From an uncultured cyanobacterium (GTDB lineage Bacteria; Cyanobacteriota; Cyanobacteriia; Cyanobacteriales; Nostocaceae), in NCBI GenBank assembly GCA_963706595.1, contig OY970166.1:3424001-3488000 (forward strand): a stretch of 64,000 bases of DNA. The letters are read 5' to 3'. Each line of letters begins with the position of its first letter. The stretch's first letter is position 1. This document shows positions 30,444 through 39,781 of this stretch, in pieces. The translations under genes and the position numbers were made by a program. The notes beneath the pieces were generated by a model, which was not told the DNA's origin, searched no databases, and saw only the letters and a list, made by a program, of their open reading frames with translations.

Positions 30444-31658
30444 TTGTTACCAGTGCTGAAACACGATTACATGCAAGTTTCCCAGGATCAGCCTATTTAT
30501 TCTGAGGCTCCTCTCCAGCTGTTGCTATTTGTCGATGGAAGACCAAAGTCTCGACAACAAGTGCAGCGTATCCGTGCTTACTTAAAAGAATTGCAGGCTG
30601 AGTATAAGTTTGAACTTCAAACTATTGATGTCGGGCAACAACCTTATTTAGCAGAACATTTTAAATTAGTCGCCACGCCAGCTTTAATTAAAATCCACCC
30701 AGAACCCAGACAGATTATAGCTGGAAGTAATATCATCGCCCAATTGAAAAACTGGTGGCCTCGTTGGCAAGCGGCTGTGGATGCTTATGTAAAATTGCAA
30801 GAAGATTTACAAGAACAAATTGATGACAATAGTCGAATTTCATCACCTAAATCAACAATTCGTTCTGTGGCTGTTTCTGCGGAACTGATCAAACTTTCAG
30901 ACGAAGTTTTTCGCTTAAAGCAGGAAAAAGACAAACTTCAGGAGCAGTTACAATTTAAAGACCGGGTAATTGCGATGCTGGCGCACGATCTCCGCAATCC
31001 TCTCACAGCCGCCGCGATCGCCATCGAAACTCTACAATCTAATTACAGTATAGAAATGGGTGCATTTGTGCGGCTGAAACCAGCGATGGCCGCACATTTA
31101 TTAAAACAAGCCCGCAGTCAAACCAAGACCATTGATAGAATGATTGCTGACCTGTTGCAGGTCGGTCAGGGCAGTGATACAGAACTGCCTATAATACCAC
31201 AAAAAATGGAAATTGGCAACCTTTGCTTGGAAGTCTTGTCAGAATTGCGCGATCGCTACATTGCCAAATCCCAACAAATAGACACAGATATTCCTCAAGA
31301 TTTACCCAAGGTCTATGCCGATCCAGAGCGTGTGCGTCAAGTGCTAATCAATTTATTGGATAATGCCATTAAATATACACCAGAAGGTGGTAAAATTACT
31401 ATTGCCGGATTACACCGCACCACCCAAAAAATTCAATTTAGCATTGGTGACACTGGACCAGGAATTCCCATAGAAAACCGCGATCGCATCTTTGAAAACC
31501 ACTATCGGCTACAACGCGATCAAGCCATAGAAGGTTACGGCATTGGTCTTTGTTTATGTCAACGCATCATCCAATCACATTACGGGCAAATTTGGGTAGA
31601 TTCTGCCCCTAATGGTGGTGCATGGTTCCACTTTACATTGCCAGTATATCCATCTTAG
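30444..31658 (+). CDS. sasA: Circadian output histidine kinase SasA
   Basis: KaiB-like N-domain ([14 protein letters not shown]), AHDLRNPL, HATPase boxes. Confidence 0.93.
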   Translation: MLPVLKHDYMQVSQDQPIYSEAPLQLLLFVDGRPKSRQQVQRIRAYLKELQAEYKFELQTIDVGQQPYLAEHFKLVATPALIKIHPEPRQIIAGSNIIAQLKNWWPRWQAAVDAYVKLQEDLQEQIDDNSRISSPKSTIRSVAVSAELIKLSDEVFRLKQEKDKLQEQLQFKDRVIAMLAHDLRNPLTAAAIAIETLQSNYSIEMGAFVRLKPAMAAHLLKQARSQTKTIDRMIADLLQVGQGSDTELPIIPQKMEIGNLCLEVLSELRDRYIAKSQQIDTDIPQDLPKVYADPERVRQVLINLLDNAIKYTPEGGKITIAGLHRTTQKIQFSIGDTGPGIPIENRDRIFENHYRLQRDQAIEGYGIGLCLCQRIIQSHYGQIWVDSAPNGGAWFHFTLPVYPS

Positions 31659-31720
31659 GAAGAGACGCGACTCATCGCGTTTCTACCAGAAAGTAGCAAA
31701 AAATATCATCCCTTCAGCAA

Positions 31721-32743
31721 TCAATTCTGCACAATTCGATTGCGTCCCTGTTTTTTTGCTTGATAAAGTGCCTGATCCGCAGCCATAATTAAATTAGAAG
31801 GAGAGGATTCCCAGGTAGGAGTCATCGTCGCCACTCCCATACTCATAGTCACATACTGACTAATCGTAGAAGCACTATGAGCAATTTGTAAATTATTGAC
31901 ACCAGTTTGGATTTCCTTAGCCACGTAAAATGCACCAGAGACATCGGCGTAAGGCATAATCACAGCAAATTCCTCACCACCATAACGTGCTACTAAATCT
32001 TGATGCTTTCGGGCTTTATCGTTTAAGAGATTACCCACCTTACAGATGCAAATATCTCCGGCGGGATGACCGTATTGATCATTATAAAATTTAAAAAAAT
32101 CAATATCACACAAAATCAGCGATAAAGGAGATTGTTCCTGTGCGGAATTAATCCACTGAGTATTAAGATAATAGTCAAAGCGACGACGATTAGCCAGCCC
32201 AGTTAGCCCGTCTACGTTGGCAAGATGCTGCAAAGCCAGATTTGCCGCTTCTAACTGTTTATATACTTGTGCTTGTTGCAACAGTTTTCGTAATCGTTGA
32301 CGCAGGACTGCCAAATGAATTGGCTTAGTCAAGAAATCTGTTGCTCCAGCATCAAAAGCACGGTTGACAGATTCCTGGTCATCCAAACTTGTAATCATCA
32401 ATATAGGAGTGCGTTCCCATAAATTTGAGATCACAGTATTACCCAAAGGAGATTCAGTATCAAGATTGTCCAGTGCTGTCATCAAATTGTTTCTGGCAAT
32501 TTGCAGCAATTTTTTACAGCAAGTAAAGCCATCCATCACCGGCATGATTGCATCTAGTAACACTATATCCGGTTTGACAGTTTGATAAGTATCTAAACAC
32601 TGCTGACCATCAGCAGCCTCAACGACTCGATAACCTTCTTTTTCCATAGCTTCACGCAAAAGTAATCGGATGGTCTTGTCATCATCAGCCACCAGAATCA
32701 CCGGAGGTTGCTTAGATAGAAAAAATGGGCTTATGCCTGACAT
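31721..32743 (-). CDS. PleD-like response regulator diguanylate cyclase
   Basis: REC domain, DGLTGLANRR, RHQD and GGEEF. Confidence 0.92.
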   Translation of the reverse strand: MSGISPFFLSKQPPVILVADDDKTIRLLLREAMEKEGYRVVEAADGQQCLDTYQTVKPDIVLLDAIMPVMDGFTCCKKLLQIARNNLMTALDNLDTESPLGNTVISNLWERTPILMITSLDDQESVNRAFDAGATDFLTKPIHLAVLRQRLRKLLQQAQVYKQLEAANLALQHLANVDGLTGLANRRRFDYYLNTQWINSAQEQSPLSLILCDIDFFKFYNDQYGHPAGDICICKVGNLLNDKARKHQDLVARYGGEEFAVIMPYADVSGAFYVAKEIQTGVNNLQIAHSASTISQYVTMSMGVATMTPTWESSPSNLIMAADQALYQAKKQGRNRIVQN

Positions 32744-33150
32744 GAGTTGCGTTCCACTGAAAATGAGAATATTGGGTTGGGGAAAATTTGAAAACCCTCA
32801 CCCTCATCAGTAAATCGCCTGCGGGGGAGAGTACTTTTAAAGTAGTTAAAAATGTAGCAACAAAATTGATGATTCAGTTGCTTTGTGTGCTTGAGACCAG
32901 TAAAAATTGTGATTTCAAATAGATAGATTTATTTTTATTACAAAAGATAGGTGACTTTAGATGAAAAATATCAGTATACTACCTAAGACTGTACCGAAGT
33001 ATTAAATATAGATGAGTTAGCTGGGCAGAGAACGCTGATATTAGTCCGTAACAACACAGACTGTACCGATTATTTTTCCACAAAATCGGCTAAAAAAAGT
33101 CATTTCGCCATTCTATCTAAAAATTCCCACTTATTGCTAAGTTTTCTTAA

Positions 33151-33411
33151 ATGCCAGACTCACTAATGTATCAGCAGGACAATTTTGTTGTTCTAGAAAC
33201 AGACCAACCAGAACAATTTCTCACAACCAATGAATTATTGGACAAACTCAAGCTCGTGCTACAAAAAATGAGTCATCAGGAATTGCCCATAGATTTACAA
33301 AAATTTGATTCTCTAGATGCTCAAGCCCAATATTTAATTGACACCAGTTGTGAATTAGATGTTGGGACAGGAAGATATTTACAGTGGTACGCAGTCCGAT
33401 TGGAAAAATAG
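33151..33411 (+). CDS. crr7: Chlororespiratory reduction protein 7 (NDH-1 assembly)
   Basis: FVVLE...EQFLT, CELD and YLQWYAVRLEK. Confidence 0.85.
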   Translation: MPDSLMYQQDNFVVLETDQPEQFLTTNELLDKLKLVLQKMSHQELPIDLQKFDSLDAQAQYLIDTSCELDVGTGRYLQWYAVRLEK

Positions 33412-33479
33412 TCTTAAACTCAGGGCTTAAGCATATTTTGAATCAGCTTCTGCCCATAACTGGGTGACTGTCTAGGGTA

Positions 33480-33509
33480 TTGAAGTGAGGACTTAAGTCC
33501 TCACTTCAA
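33480..33509. terminator. Perfect 30-bp palindrome between convergent genes
   Basis: TTGAAGTGAGGACTT|AAGTCCTCACTTCAA. Confidence 0.75.
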
Positions 33510-33513
33510 GCCT

Positions 33514-34071
33514 TTAATTATTTACTGCTGGTTGAGTAATAATTGTTAACTCAATCATATCTTCTCCAACTTCAGCAATTTTAATATCTACTCCAGGTCC
33601 AAAATACCTCGTCATTTTCTCGTGTTTTTCCTGCCAATCATCAAATGAAATGAACGGCGAATCAAATTCTAAAATTAAGGCATAAGCCCCATTAATTTCC
33701 GTTTCTCGCAAACCTGTAACCTCTGGGCGATCTTCATCTGTGGGACTCAGGCCAAGATAAGATAGAGCTTCATCTAAATGAGCTTCCTGACCATAGCAGT
33801 ATCGAGTTATATCCTTGCGAATTTTATTTTGAGTGACAGTTGCTTGCTGTTCCCGCAAGAGTAATACTGATGGCGTTGTATCTTCGCTGAAGGGTATGGG
33901 TAGAATCTCATTGGCTTTGAGCGCCAGTCCTCCTAGAAAAAGAGGAAACCCATAAAAAAACCCGACAAGATTAAGCGTGGCATTATCAGCAGCATAGGCG
34001 ACGAAGCCAACAATGATTAATATACCGCCGATGGTTAAACCGATAGTCCCCAAAGAAATTTTACGTAACAT
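33514..34071 (-). CDS. DUF2854 (APE1-like) thylakoid protein
   Basis: FFYGFPLFLGGLALK, QIRKD-like KIRKDITRY.YG, FGPG motifs. Confidence 0.8.
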   Translation of the reverse strand: MLRKISLGTIGLTIGGILIIVGFVAYAADNATLNLVGFFYGFPLFLGGLALKANEILPIPFSEDTTPSVLLLREQQATVTQNKIRKDITRYCYGQEAHLDEALSYLGLSPTDEDRPEVTGLRETEINGAYALILEFDSPFISFDDWQEKHEKMTRYFGPGVDIKIAEVGEDMIELTIITQPAVNN

Positions 34072-34243
34072 GAGCTGAGGATTTTATAAATTCTTAACAT
34101 CTTAGTTTTATTATCATCGCTTATTGGTTACAAGTTAAGGAAGAGTGACTTCCTATTCCCCTGATGCAAATGCGATTAATCGCGTCTCTACGCCATTTTG
34201 GGTTAACTTTAAAATTGAGGCTATTTCTAGACGGGAAAAAATA

Positions 34244-34426
34244 ATGGATTTACAGACTATTAAAGAACGAATTGCGGTAGTTCAAAGCAAACGCGAGTAC
34301 CTACTCAGCCTTTTAGAGCAGCCCAACTTAGGAACTTTGAGAATTGATGTCAACCAGGCTTTGGAAGAGATGGATGATTTAATTGAGGAATTTCAACGGA
34401 CTATTCCAGAAACAGATAATAACTAG
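34244..34426 (+). CDS. Small coiled-coil hypothetical protein
   Basis: MDLQTIKERI...PNLGTLRIDVNQALEE. Confidence 0.7.
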   Translation: MDLQTIKERIAVVQSKREYLLSLLEQPNLGTLRIDVNQALEEMDDLIEEFQRTIPETDNN

Positions 34427-34515
34427 GCTTAATTAGGTATACTAAAACACATAACAGCGCCAATATAACCGTAGATTAGCGGTGACATGAGCGCTGTTTT
34501 TCTATAGATATAGCT

Positions 34516-34594
34516 GGGGAGTAGGGAGTGGGGAGTAGGGAGTAGGGAGTAGGGAGTAGGGAGTGGGGAGTGGGGAGTGGGGAGTAGGGAGTGG
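34516..34594. repeat. STRR heptamer array (GGGAGTA/GGGAGTG), about 11 units
   Basis: Directly visible. Confidence 0.92.
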
Positions 34595-34626
34595 GTTAAA
34601 ACCCGAATGGTGTCTAAGTTTGATTA

Positions 34627-34773
34627 GGGACTGCCAAATAAAAAAACACTGAACCACCTAACGTAAAAAATCTCTCAAACCCTGATTCCTCTGTGTCCTC
34701 TGCGCCTCTGTGGTACGCGCTACGCGCAAGCTACGCTAACGTTAATCCGGATAATTTATTTATTGGAAGTCCC
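34627..34773. mobile_element. MITE with terminal inverted repeats and TTA target duplication
   Basis: TTA|GGGACTGCCAAATAAA ... TTTATTGGAAGTCCC|TTA. Confidence 0.65.
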
Positions 34774-34886
34774 TTATCCGTTTATGTCTTAACCTCCTTG
34801 GCGGTTGCTATATTTTCCAGGTTTCCGACTTGAAAGCAGCCAGGGCTAAAAGTTCACAACAATTTGGCAGCTTCACCTGTTTTTAG

Positions 34887-35291
34887 TTAAGCATTTCCGG
34901 CACTTTCCCCTAATTGCCTGACCAAAGCAATCAGTTCATTTGTGGGAACATCTTTTTGGCAAAAATTATCAAAATTAGGCATGGACTGAGCATTCAAAAA
35001 ATTCACATTTTCCACCGAGGAATAAGCCAGTATTTGAGTCTGGGGAGATATTGCTTTGATATGACTAGACGCAATCCACCCATCCATAACTGGCATTTGT
35101 AAATCTAAAACAATGACATCAGGTTGGCAGCTCTTAACCATTTCTATAGCTTCTTGACCATTGCTAGCTAACCCAACTACTTGGAGGTTTTCTTGAGCAG
35201 AAAAAGCTAGTTGTAAAGTTAAACGTGTAAGTTCATGATCATCGACCACTAGAACACGTAATGTCGTAGATTTACAAGAAAGCATTAACAT
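34887..35291 (-). CDS. Single-domain response regulator (NarL-type receiver)
   Basis: VLVVDDH, VLDLQMPVMDG. Confidence 0.9.
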   Translation of the reverse strand: MLMLSCKSTTLRVLVVDDHELTRLTLQLAFSAQENLQVVGLASNGQEAIEMVKSCQPDVIVLDLQMPVMDGWIASSHIKAISPQTQILAYSSVENVNFLNAQSMPNFDNFCQKDVPTNELIALVRQLGESAGNA

Positions 35292-35447
35292 TTAAGGAAA
35301 TAAAAAATAGAGGCAATAACCCCTACAGTTTACGGGAAGACGCATTAACAATCACTCTATCTTACGGTTGAAAAATTGTCTTGAAGCTGATTAATTCATG
35401 AGAACAGGGGCAAAAAAATCAGATTTTGTGGATAGAACTTAATCTAT

Positions 35448-37679
35448 CTACTTGTCTGTGTAATAGTAACTTTTTTTGGCATCAATCAGGTTTGAGGCTA
35501 TACCAGTCGAACGTAATGCCATATTGATCAGAGTTTTTTGTGAATTAGTTTCTGGACAATCTACGGCTTCCCCAGTAACGCTATCACCTGGACGGCGCTG
35601 GATATAACTACCATCAGTTTGTAATTCCCAGGCTTGACGATTATCTGCTAACAGAATTCCCAAAATTTCTTGCAAATCTTTAGCAATATCTGGGTCTTTG
35701 ATGGGGGTAATTACTTCAACTCGGCGATCTAAGTTGCGACGCATCCAATCAGCACTGCCAATATAAATTTCTTCTTGTTCATTATTATGGAAATAATAGA
35801 TGCGAGAATGTTCTAAGAAGCGGCCGATAATGCTGATGACGCGAATATTTTCACTGATGTTTTTGAGTCCTGGACGTAAACAGCAAATACCGCGAATGAT
35901 CAGATCAATTTGCACTCCAGCGCGAGAAGCTTCGTATAAAGCGGCGATAATTTGGGGGTCTACCAGGGAATTCATTTTGGCAACGATGCGCCCAGAAAAG
36001 CCATTTTCGACATTTTCTATTTCACGACGAATTAATTCCAAAAAGCGATCGCGCATATTTACAGGTGCAACTAGCACTTCTCGATATGATTTTTGCCGAG
36101 AATAGCCTGTTAAAAAGTTAAATAAATCTGTAATATCTGCACCCAATTCTTCGCGACAGCTAAACAATCCCAAATCTGTATACAAACGCGCTGTTTTAGG
36201 ATTATAATTTCCAGTCCCTATATGCACATAGCGGCGCATCCGGTCTTTTTCTCTTCGCACCACCATGACGGTTTTGCAGTGAGTTTTTAGCCCTACTAAA
36301 CCATAAACAACGTGAACGCCGACTCTTTCTAAACTCCGCGCCCAGTAAATATTATTTTCTTCATCAAACCGCGCCTTTAATTCCACTAACACAGATACTT
36401 GCTTGCCATTTTCTGCCGCAGCAATCAGGGCTTTGACTATGGGCGAGTCTCCAGAAGTGCGGTAAAGGGTCATTTTGATCGCCAGCACATTCGGGTCATG
36501 GGCTGCATGGGTAATAAAGCGCACCACTGTTGAGGAGAAGGATTGATAGGGATGATGTACCAACAAATCCTTTTCTCGAATGACTGCAAAAAAGTCTTGA
36601 CCTTCTTCTAATTCCGAAGCATCTGGGCTTAAACTCGGTTCTCTCAACCTTTGCAAACGGGAAGGAACTACAGACTGGCGTGGTGGTTCTTTGAGTTCGG
36701 GTAATGGCAAAGCCATAAAATACATTAAGTCCCGGAGTCCTAAAAGACCATCAACTTCGTAGACATCATTTTCTGTTAAGTCTAAATCTTGCAATAACCG
36801 CGAACGTATTGGATCTGGGGTGTGGGATTTAATTTCTAGTCTGACGGGAGTCCCACCCATGCGACGTTTGCGGAGTTCTTGTTCAATGGCTAATAGCAGA
36901 TCATCTGCTTCATCTTCTTCTAAAGCTAGATCGGCATCACGGGTAATGCGGAAGGGATGATATTCTTGGATATTCATGCCTGGAAATAGAAACTCCAGGT
37001 TATGTGCGATCGCCTGTTCTAAGGGTACACCAGTCCAGTGAGCCGTTTGTCCAGTTTCAGAAGTTCCTAACTCTGGTGGTAAAGGCAAAAATCGCGGTAG
37101 CACACTGGGGACTTTCACCCTAGCAAAAAATTCTTCTTCGGTGTCGGGATTTTTGACCACAACTGCCAAATTCAGGCTGAGATTAGAAATAAAGGGAAAG
37201 GGATGGCTAGGGTCAACCGCTAAGGGAGTCAGAACTGGAAAGATTTGCTCTTTAAAGTAGTTATCTAAATAAGTCCGTTGTTTTTGATTTAAATTAATAT
37301 AGTCCAGTATGTGGATACGATGACTAGCTAGCAGGGGTTGTAGAACTTCTTCAAATTGCTGGTGCTGTTTGATAAACAGAGGACTGAGGGTTGATCTAAC
37401 GTCGTCTAGCTGTTTTTGTGGTGTGCGACCATCAGGCGTTAACTGGGCAACTTTCGCTTCTACTTGTTGTTTTAAAGCTGCAACCCTCACCATAAAGAAT
37501 TCATCTAAATTGGCACTAAAGATGGCCAAAAATTTTAATCGTTCTAAAAGCAGTGTCCGAGGGTCACAGGCTTCGTGCAGTACGCGACTGTTAAATTCTA
37601 ACCAGCTTAACTCGCGGTTAATGTAATATTGCGGATCGTTCAAATCAATGGGATTGGTGTTCTTCTTTGATTTCGCCAT
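35448..37679 (-). CDS. ppk1: Polyphosphate kinase 1
   Basis: NRELSWLEFN, HHPYQSF, ELKARFDEENN, GRFLEHSR. Confidence 0.97.
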   Translation of the reverse strand: MAKSKKNTNPIDLNDPQYYINRELSWLEFNSRVLHEACDPRTLLLERLKFLAIFSANLDEFFMVRVAALKQQVEAKVAQLTPDGRTPQKQLDDVRSTLSPLFIKQHQQFEEVLQPLLASHRIHILDYINLNQKQRTYLDNYFKEQIFPVLTPLAVDPSHPFPFISNLSLNLAVVVKNPDTEEEFFARVKVPSVLPRFLPLPPELGTSETGQTAHWTGVPLEQAIAHNLEFLFPGMNIQEYHPFRITRDADLALEEDEADDLLLAIEQELRKRRMGGTPVRLEIKSHTPDPIRSRLLQDLDLTENDVYEVDGLLGLRDLMYFMALPLPELKEPPRQSVVPSRLQRLREPSLSPDASELEEGQDFFAVIREKDLLVHHPYQSFSSTVVRFITHAAHDPNVLAIKMTLYRTSGDSPIVKALIAAAENGKQVSVLVELKARFDEENNIYWARSLERVGVHVVYGLVGLKTHCKTVMVVRREKDRMRRYVHIGTGNYNPKTARLYTDLGLFSCREELGADITDLFNFLTGYSRQKSYREVLVAPVNMRDRFLELIRREIENVENGFSGRIVAKMNSLVDPQIIAALYEASRAGVQIDLIIRGICCLRPGLKNISENIRVISIIGRFLEHSRIYYFHNNEQEEIYIGSADWMRRNLDRRVEVITPIKDPDIAKDLQEILGILLADNRQAWELQTDGSYIQRRPGDSVTGEAVDCPETNSQKTLINMALRSTGIASNLIDAKKSYYYTDK

Positions 37680-38145
37680 GACGATCTCAGGGTAGCCAGA
37701 TGAGTTAATACAGCTGGGGGACAATAAATATAGTAGATGAAAGTGGCTATGGACGTAAGAGGGAAATTGTTTCTGGCTGTCTCACACGCGAAGGCTCAAC
37801 CGCCCGTATATTTACATATAGCAATAGCCTGGGCGGTTAGGACATGAAAAAACTTCAAAACCAATTCACAGCCAGCATTTCACCTTTGAATTTTGACTTT
37901 GGCTACACCATCCCATAAAAATCATTACAGTAAATACGAAACTTATAAAGTTTGGACAAAGAATTAAAATATTTTTTTACGTATCATTTCTGGTTACCAT
38001 GTTTTAAAAAGAGAGTTAAATTAGTTACACCAATGAAAGATGAGTCCTGAAAAGCTTCAGTAAAGCAAATTTTACAGATTTATCGAATTTATTGGTGGTA
38101 CAAATTTTGACAAACCCCTTAGAAAAATTAAGTAGTACATTGATT

Positions 38146-38563
38146 ATGAAACTCAAAGCAAAAATTGCGATCGCTCTAGTTGCAGCTACCACCAGTGTTT
38201 TTGGTCTAGGTTCTGGCGCGATCGCTGGTGAAGGTGGTGCTGCTGGTTCTGCTGCATTTACAATCGACGGTGATGGTGATGTCAGAGGTGTTGCTGTAGC
38301 TGCTGCGATCGGTAAAAACGATGCTTCATCCTATGCTTTTCAAGAAGACGGTAGAAACGTAGCAGACTGCTTTAGGTTCTGCTGGTGTTATCGATGTGGA
38401 CAACATACCAGGTGATGATGTTACCATGTATGGTGGTGAAGACCCAGAACTGGGAACCCCCCAAGCCAACAGCCTGACAAGTTCCACAATCCTGACAATC
38501 GGTAGTGTAATCGGATCTCCTCTATTAGTCCCTGATCGTGGAGACTTAGTTTTTGTCAAATAA
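38146..38563 (+). CDS. Small secreted Gly/Ala-rich protein, paralog 1 (+1 frameshift at about 38365)
   Basis: Signal peptide ending AIA|GEGGAAG; removing G38365 restores NVATALGSAG...DLVFVK*, collinear with paralog 2. Confidence 0.75.
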
Positions 38564-39156
38564 TAGTTACCTTATAGCCTGTGGATAGTCCTAATTAACT
38601 ATTAAGGCTATGTCAGCTATTAACACAAACCTTTTTAAATAAAAGCTACCAGACATCAAACTGGTGCTAAATCAATTAAGGCTGCCTTTGCAGCCTTTGT
38701 TTATATATATGGGACTTACTCACTGTACAAGTTAAATGAAACGGTATATTTAATATCTATTTATTAAAAGTTCATATTTTCTGCTAAAAATTTCTATATT
38801 TCTTGATAAACATAGTGTTCATACAATCTTTGACTCCGCTATATTCGATGAAATAGCAAAAAACTGATATGAACATATAGCAATCACATTCCTGTCGTGA
38901 AAAACCTATCAGGATCATTTACAGCAGTTCGGGAAATTTCCCACAAATAAATTAATTAATTATTTAATCTTGTGGGGTGGACATTGTTACCACGGCAATT
39001 CTCAGGATATCTACCATCACAAAAAACATTCACATACTTTGTTATTTGGACATCTCTCAGCATAATTAATGACTAACAATCACTTCATCAGTTGTGTGCT
39101 GATTGCTATAGCCAGTCTAAAGTTTTTGCTAAATAACTAATAATGAAATACAAGTG

Positions 39157-39561
39157 ATGAATCCTACAAACAAACTAGCCATCTCCTTATTTGTTGTTTT
39201 TGCTAGTGTCTTTGGGTTAGCAACTCAAACCCTAGCTGGTGAAGGTGGCGCTGCTGGAGCAGTAGCATTCACAATTGAGTCTGGGATGGTGACAGGTGTT
39301 GCTCAAGCCGCAGCAATTGGTAAAAATGATGCCGCCGCCACTGCTTTTAACATTTTGAGTATCTCTGGTAGTAGAACCAATTCAGCTGCTGCACTAGGTT
39401 CTGCTGGTGCAATCACTATTAGTAATCTGGGTAATTCGGCAGGTGTTCAAATGGTAGGTACAGCAGACCCAGCACTTCACACAGCACAGCTAAATCAGTT
39501 TGGTTCAAGTGTAACTATCAATCTGGGAACTTCCAGTGGAGACCAACTGATCAACTTTTAG
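39157..39561 (+). CDS. Small secreted Gly/Ala-rich protein, paralog 2
   Basis: Signal peptide ending TLA|GEGGAAG; shares AFTI, GVA.AAAIGKNDA and ALGSAG with paralog 1. Confidence 0.85.
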   Translation: MNPTNKLAISLFVVFASVFGLATQTLAGEGGAAGAVAFTIESGMVTGVAQAAAIGKNDAAATAFNILSISGSRTNSAAALGSAGAITISNLGNSAGVQMVGTADPALHTAQLNQFGSSVTINLGTSSGDQLINF

Positions 39562-39577
39562 CTAAACTTCACTCAAG

Positions 39578-39768
39578 TAGTGAACTGACACAGTTAAAAT
39601 AGTGCATTAGGTGTAGGTTGGGTTGACGTAAGGAAACCCAACATCCTCGCCAGCATTATTCAGTGATGCCTACAGCACAAGAGTTGTTAGCCGAGCTTTT
39701 GCATCGGCGTTTATCTGCGCTTTGTCACCTCTAGATAAAAGAACTATTTTAGGCTTGTCAGTCCACCA
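39578..39768. mobile_element. Degenerate MITE-like element containing a GTAG REP-like hairpin
   Basis: TAGTGAACTGACACAGTTAAAATAGT ... ACTATTTTAGGCTTGTCAGTCCACCA (20/26 inverted match); internal GTAGGTTGGGTT...AACCCAAC. Confidence 0.5.
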
Positions 39769-39781
39769 CATTCAGAGCAAA

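Noticed and set aside
34516..34594. CRISPR array (also 13442-13498)
   Set aside because: Contiguous heptamer repeats without spacers; no cas genes
38092..38415. Cys-rich RiPP precursor (CFRFCWCYRC)
   Set aside because: The tail is an artefact of the frameshift; no modification enzymes nearby
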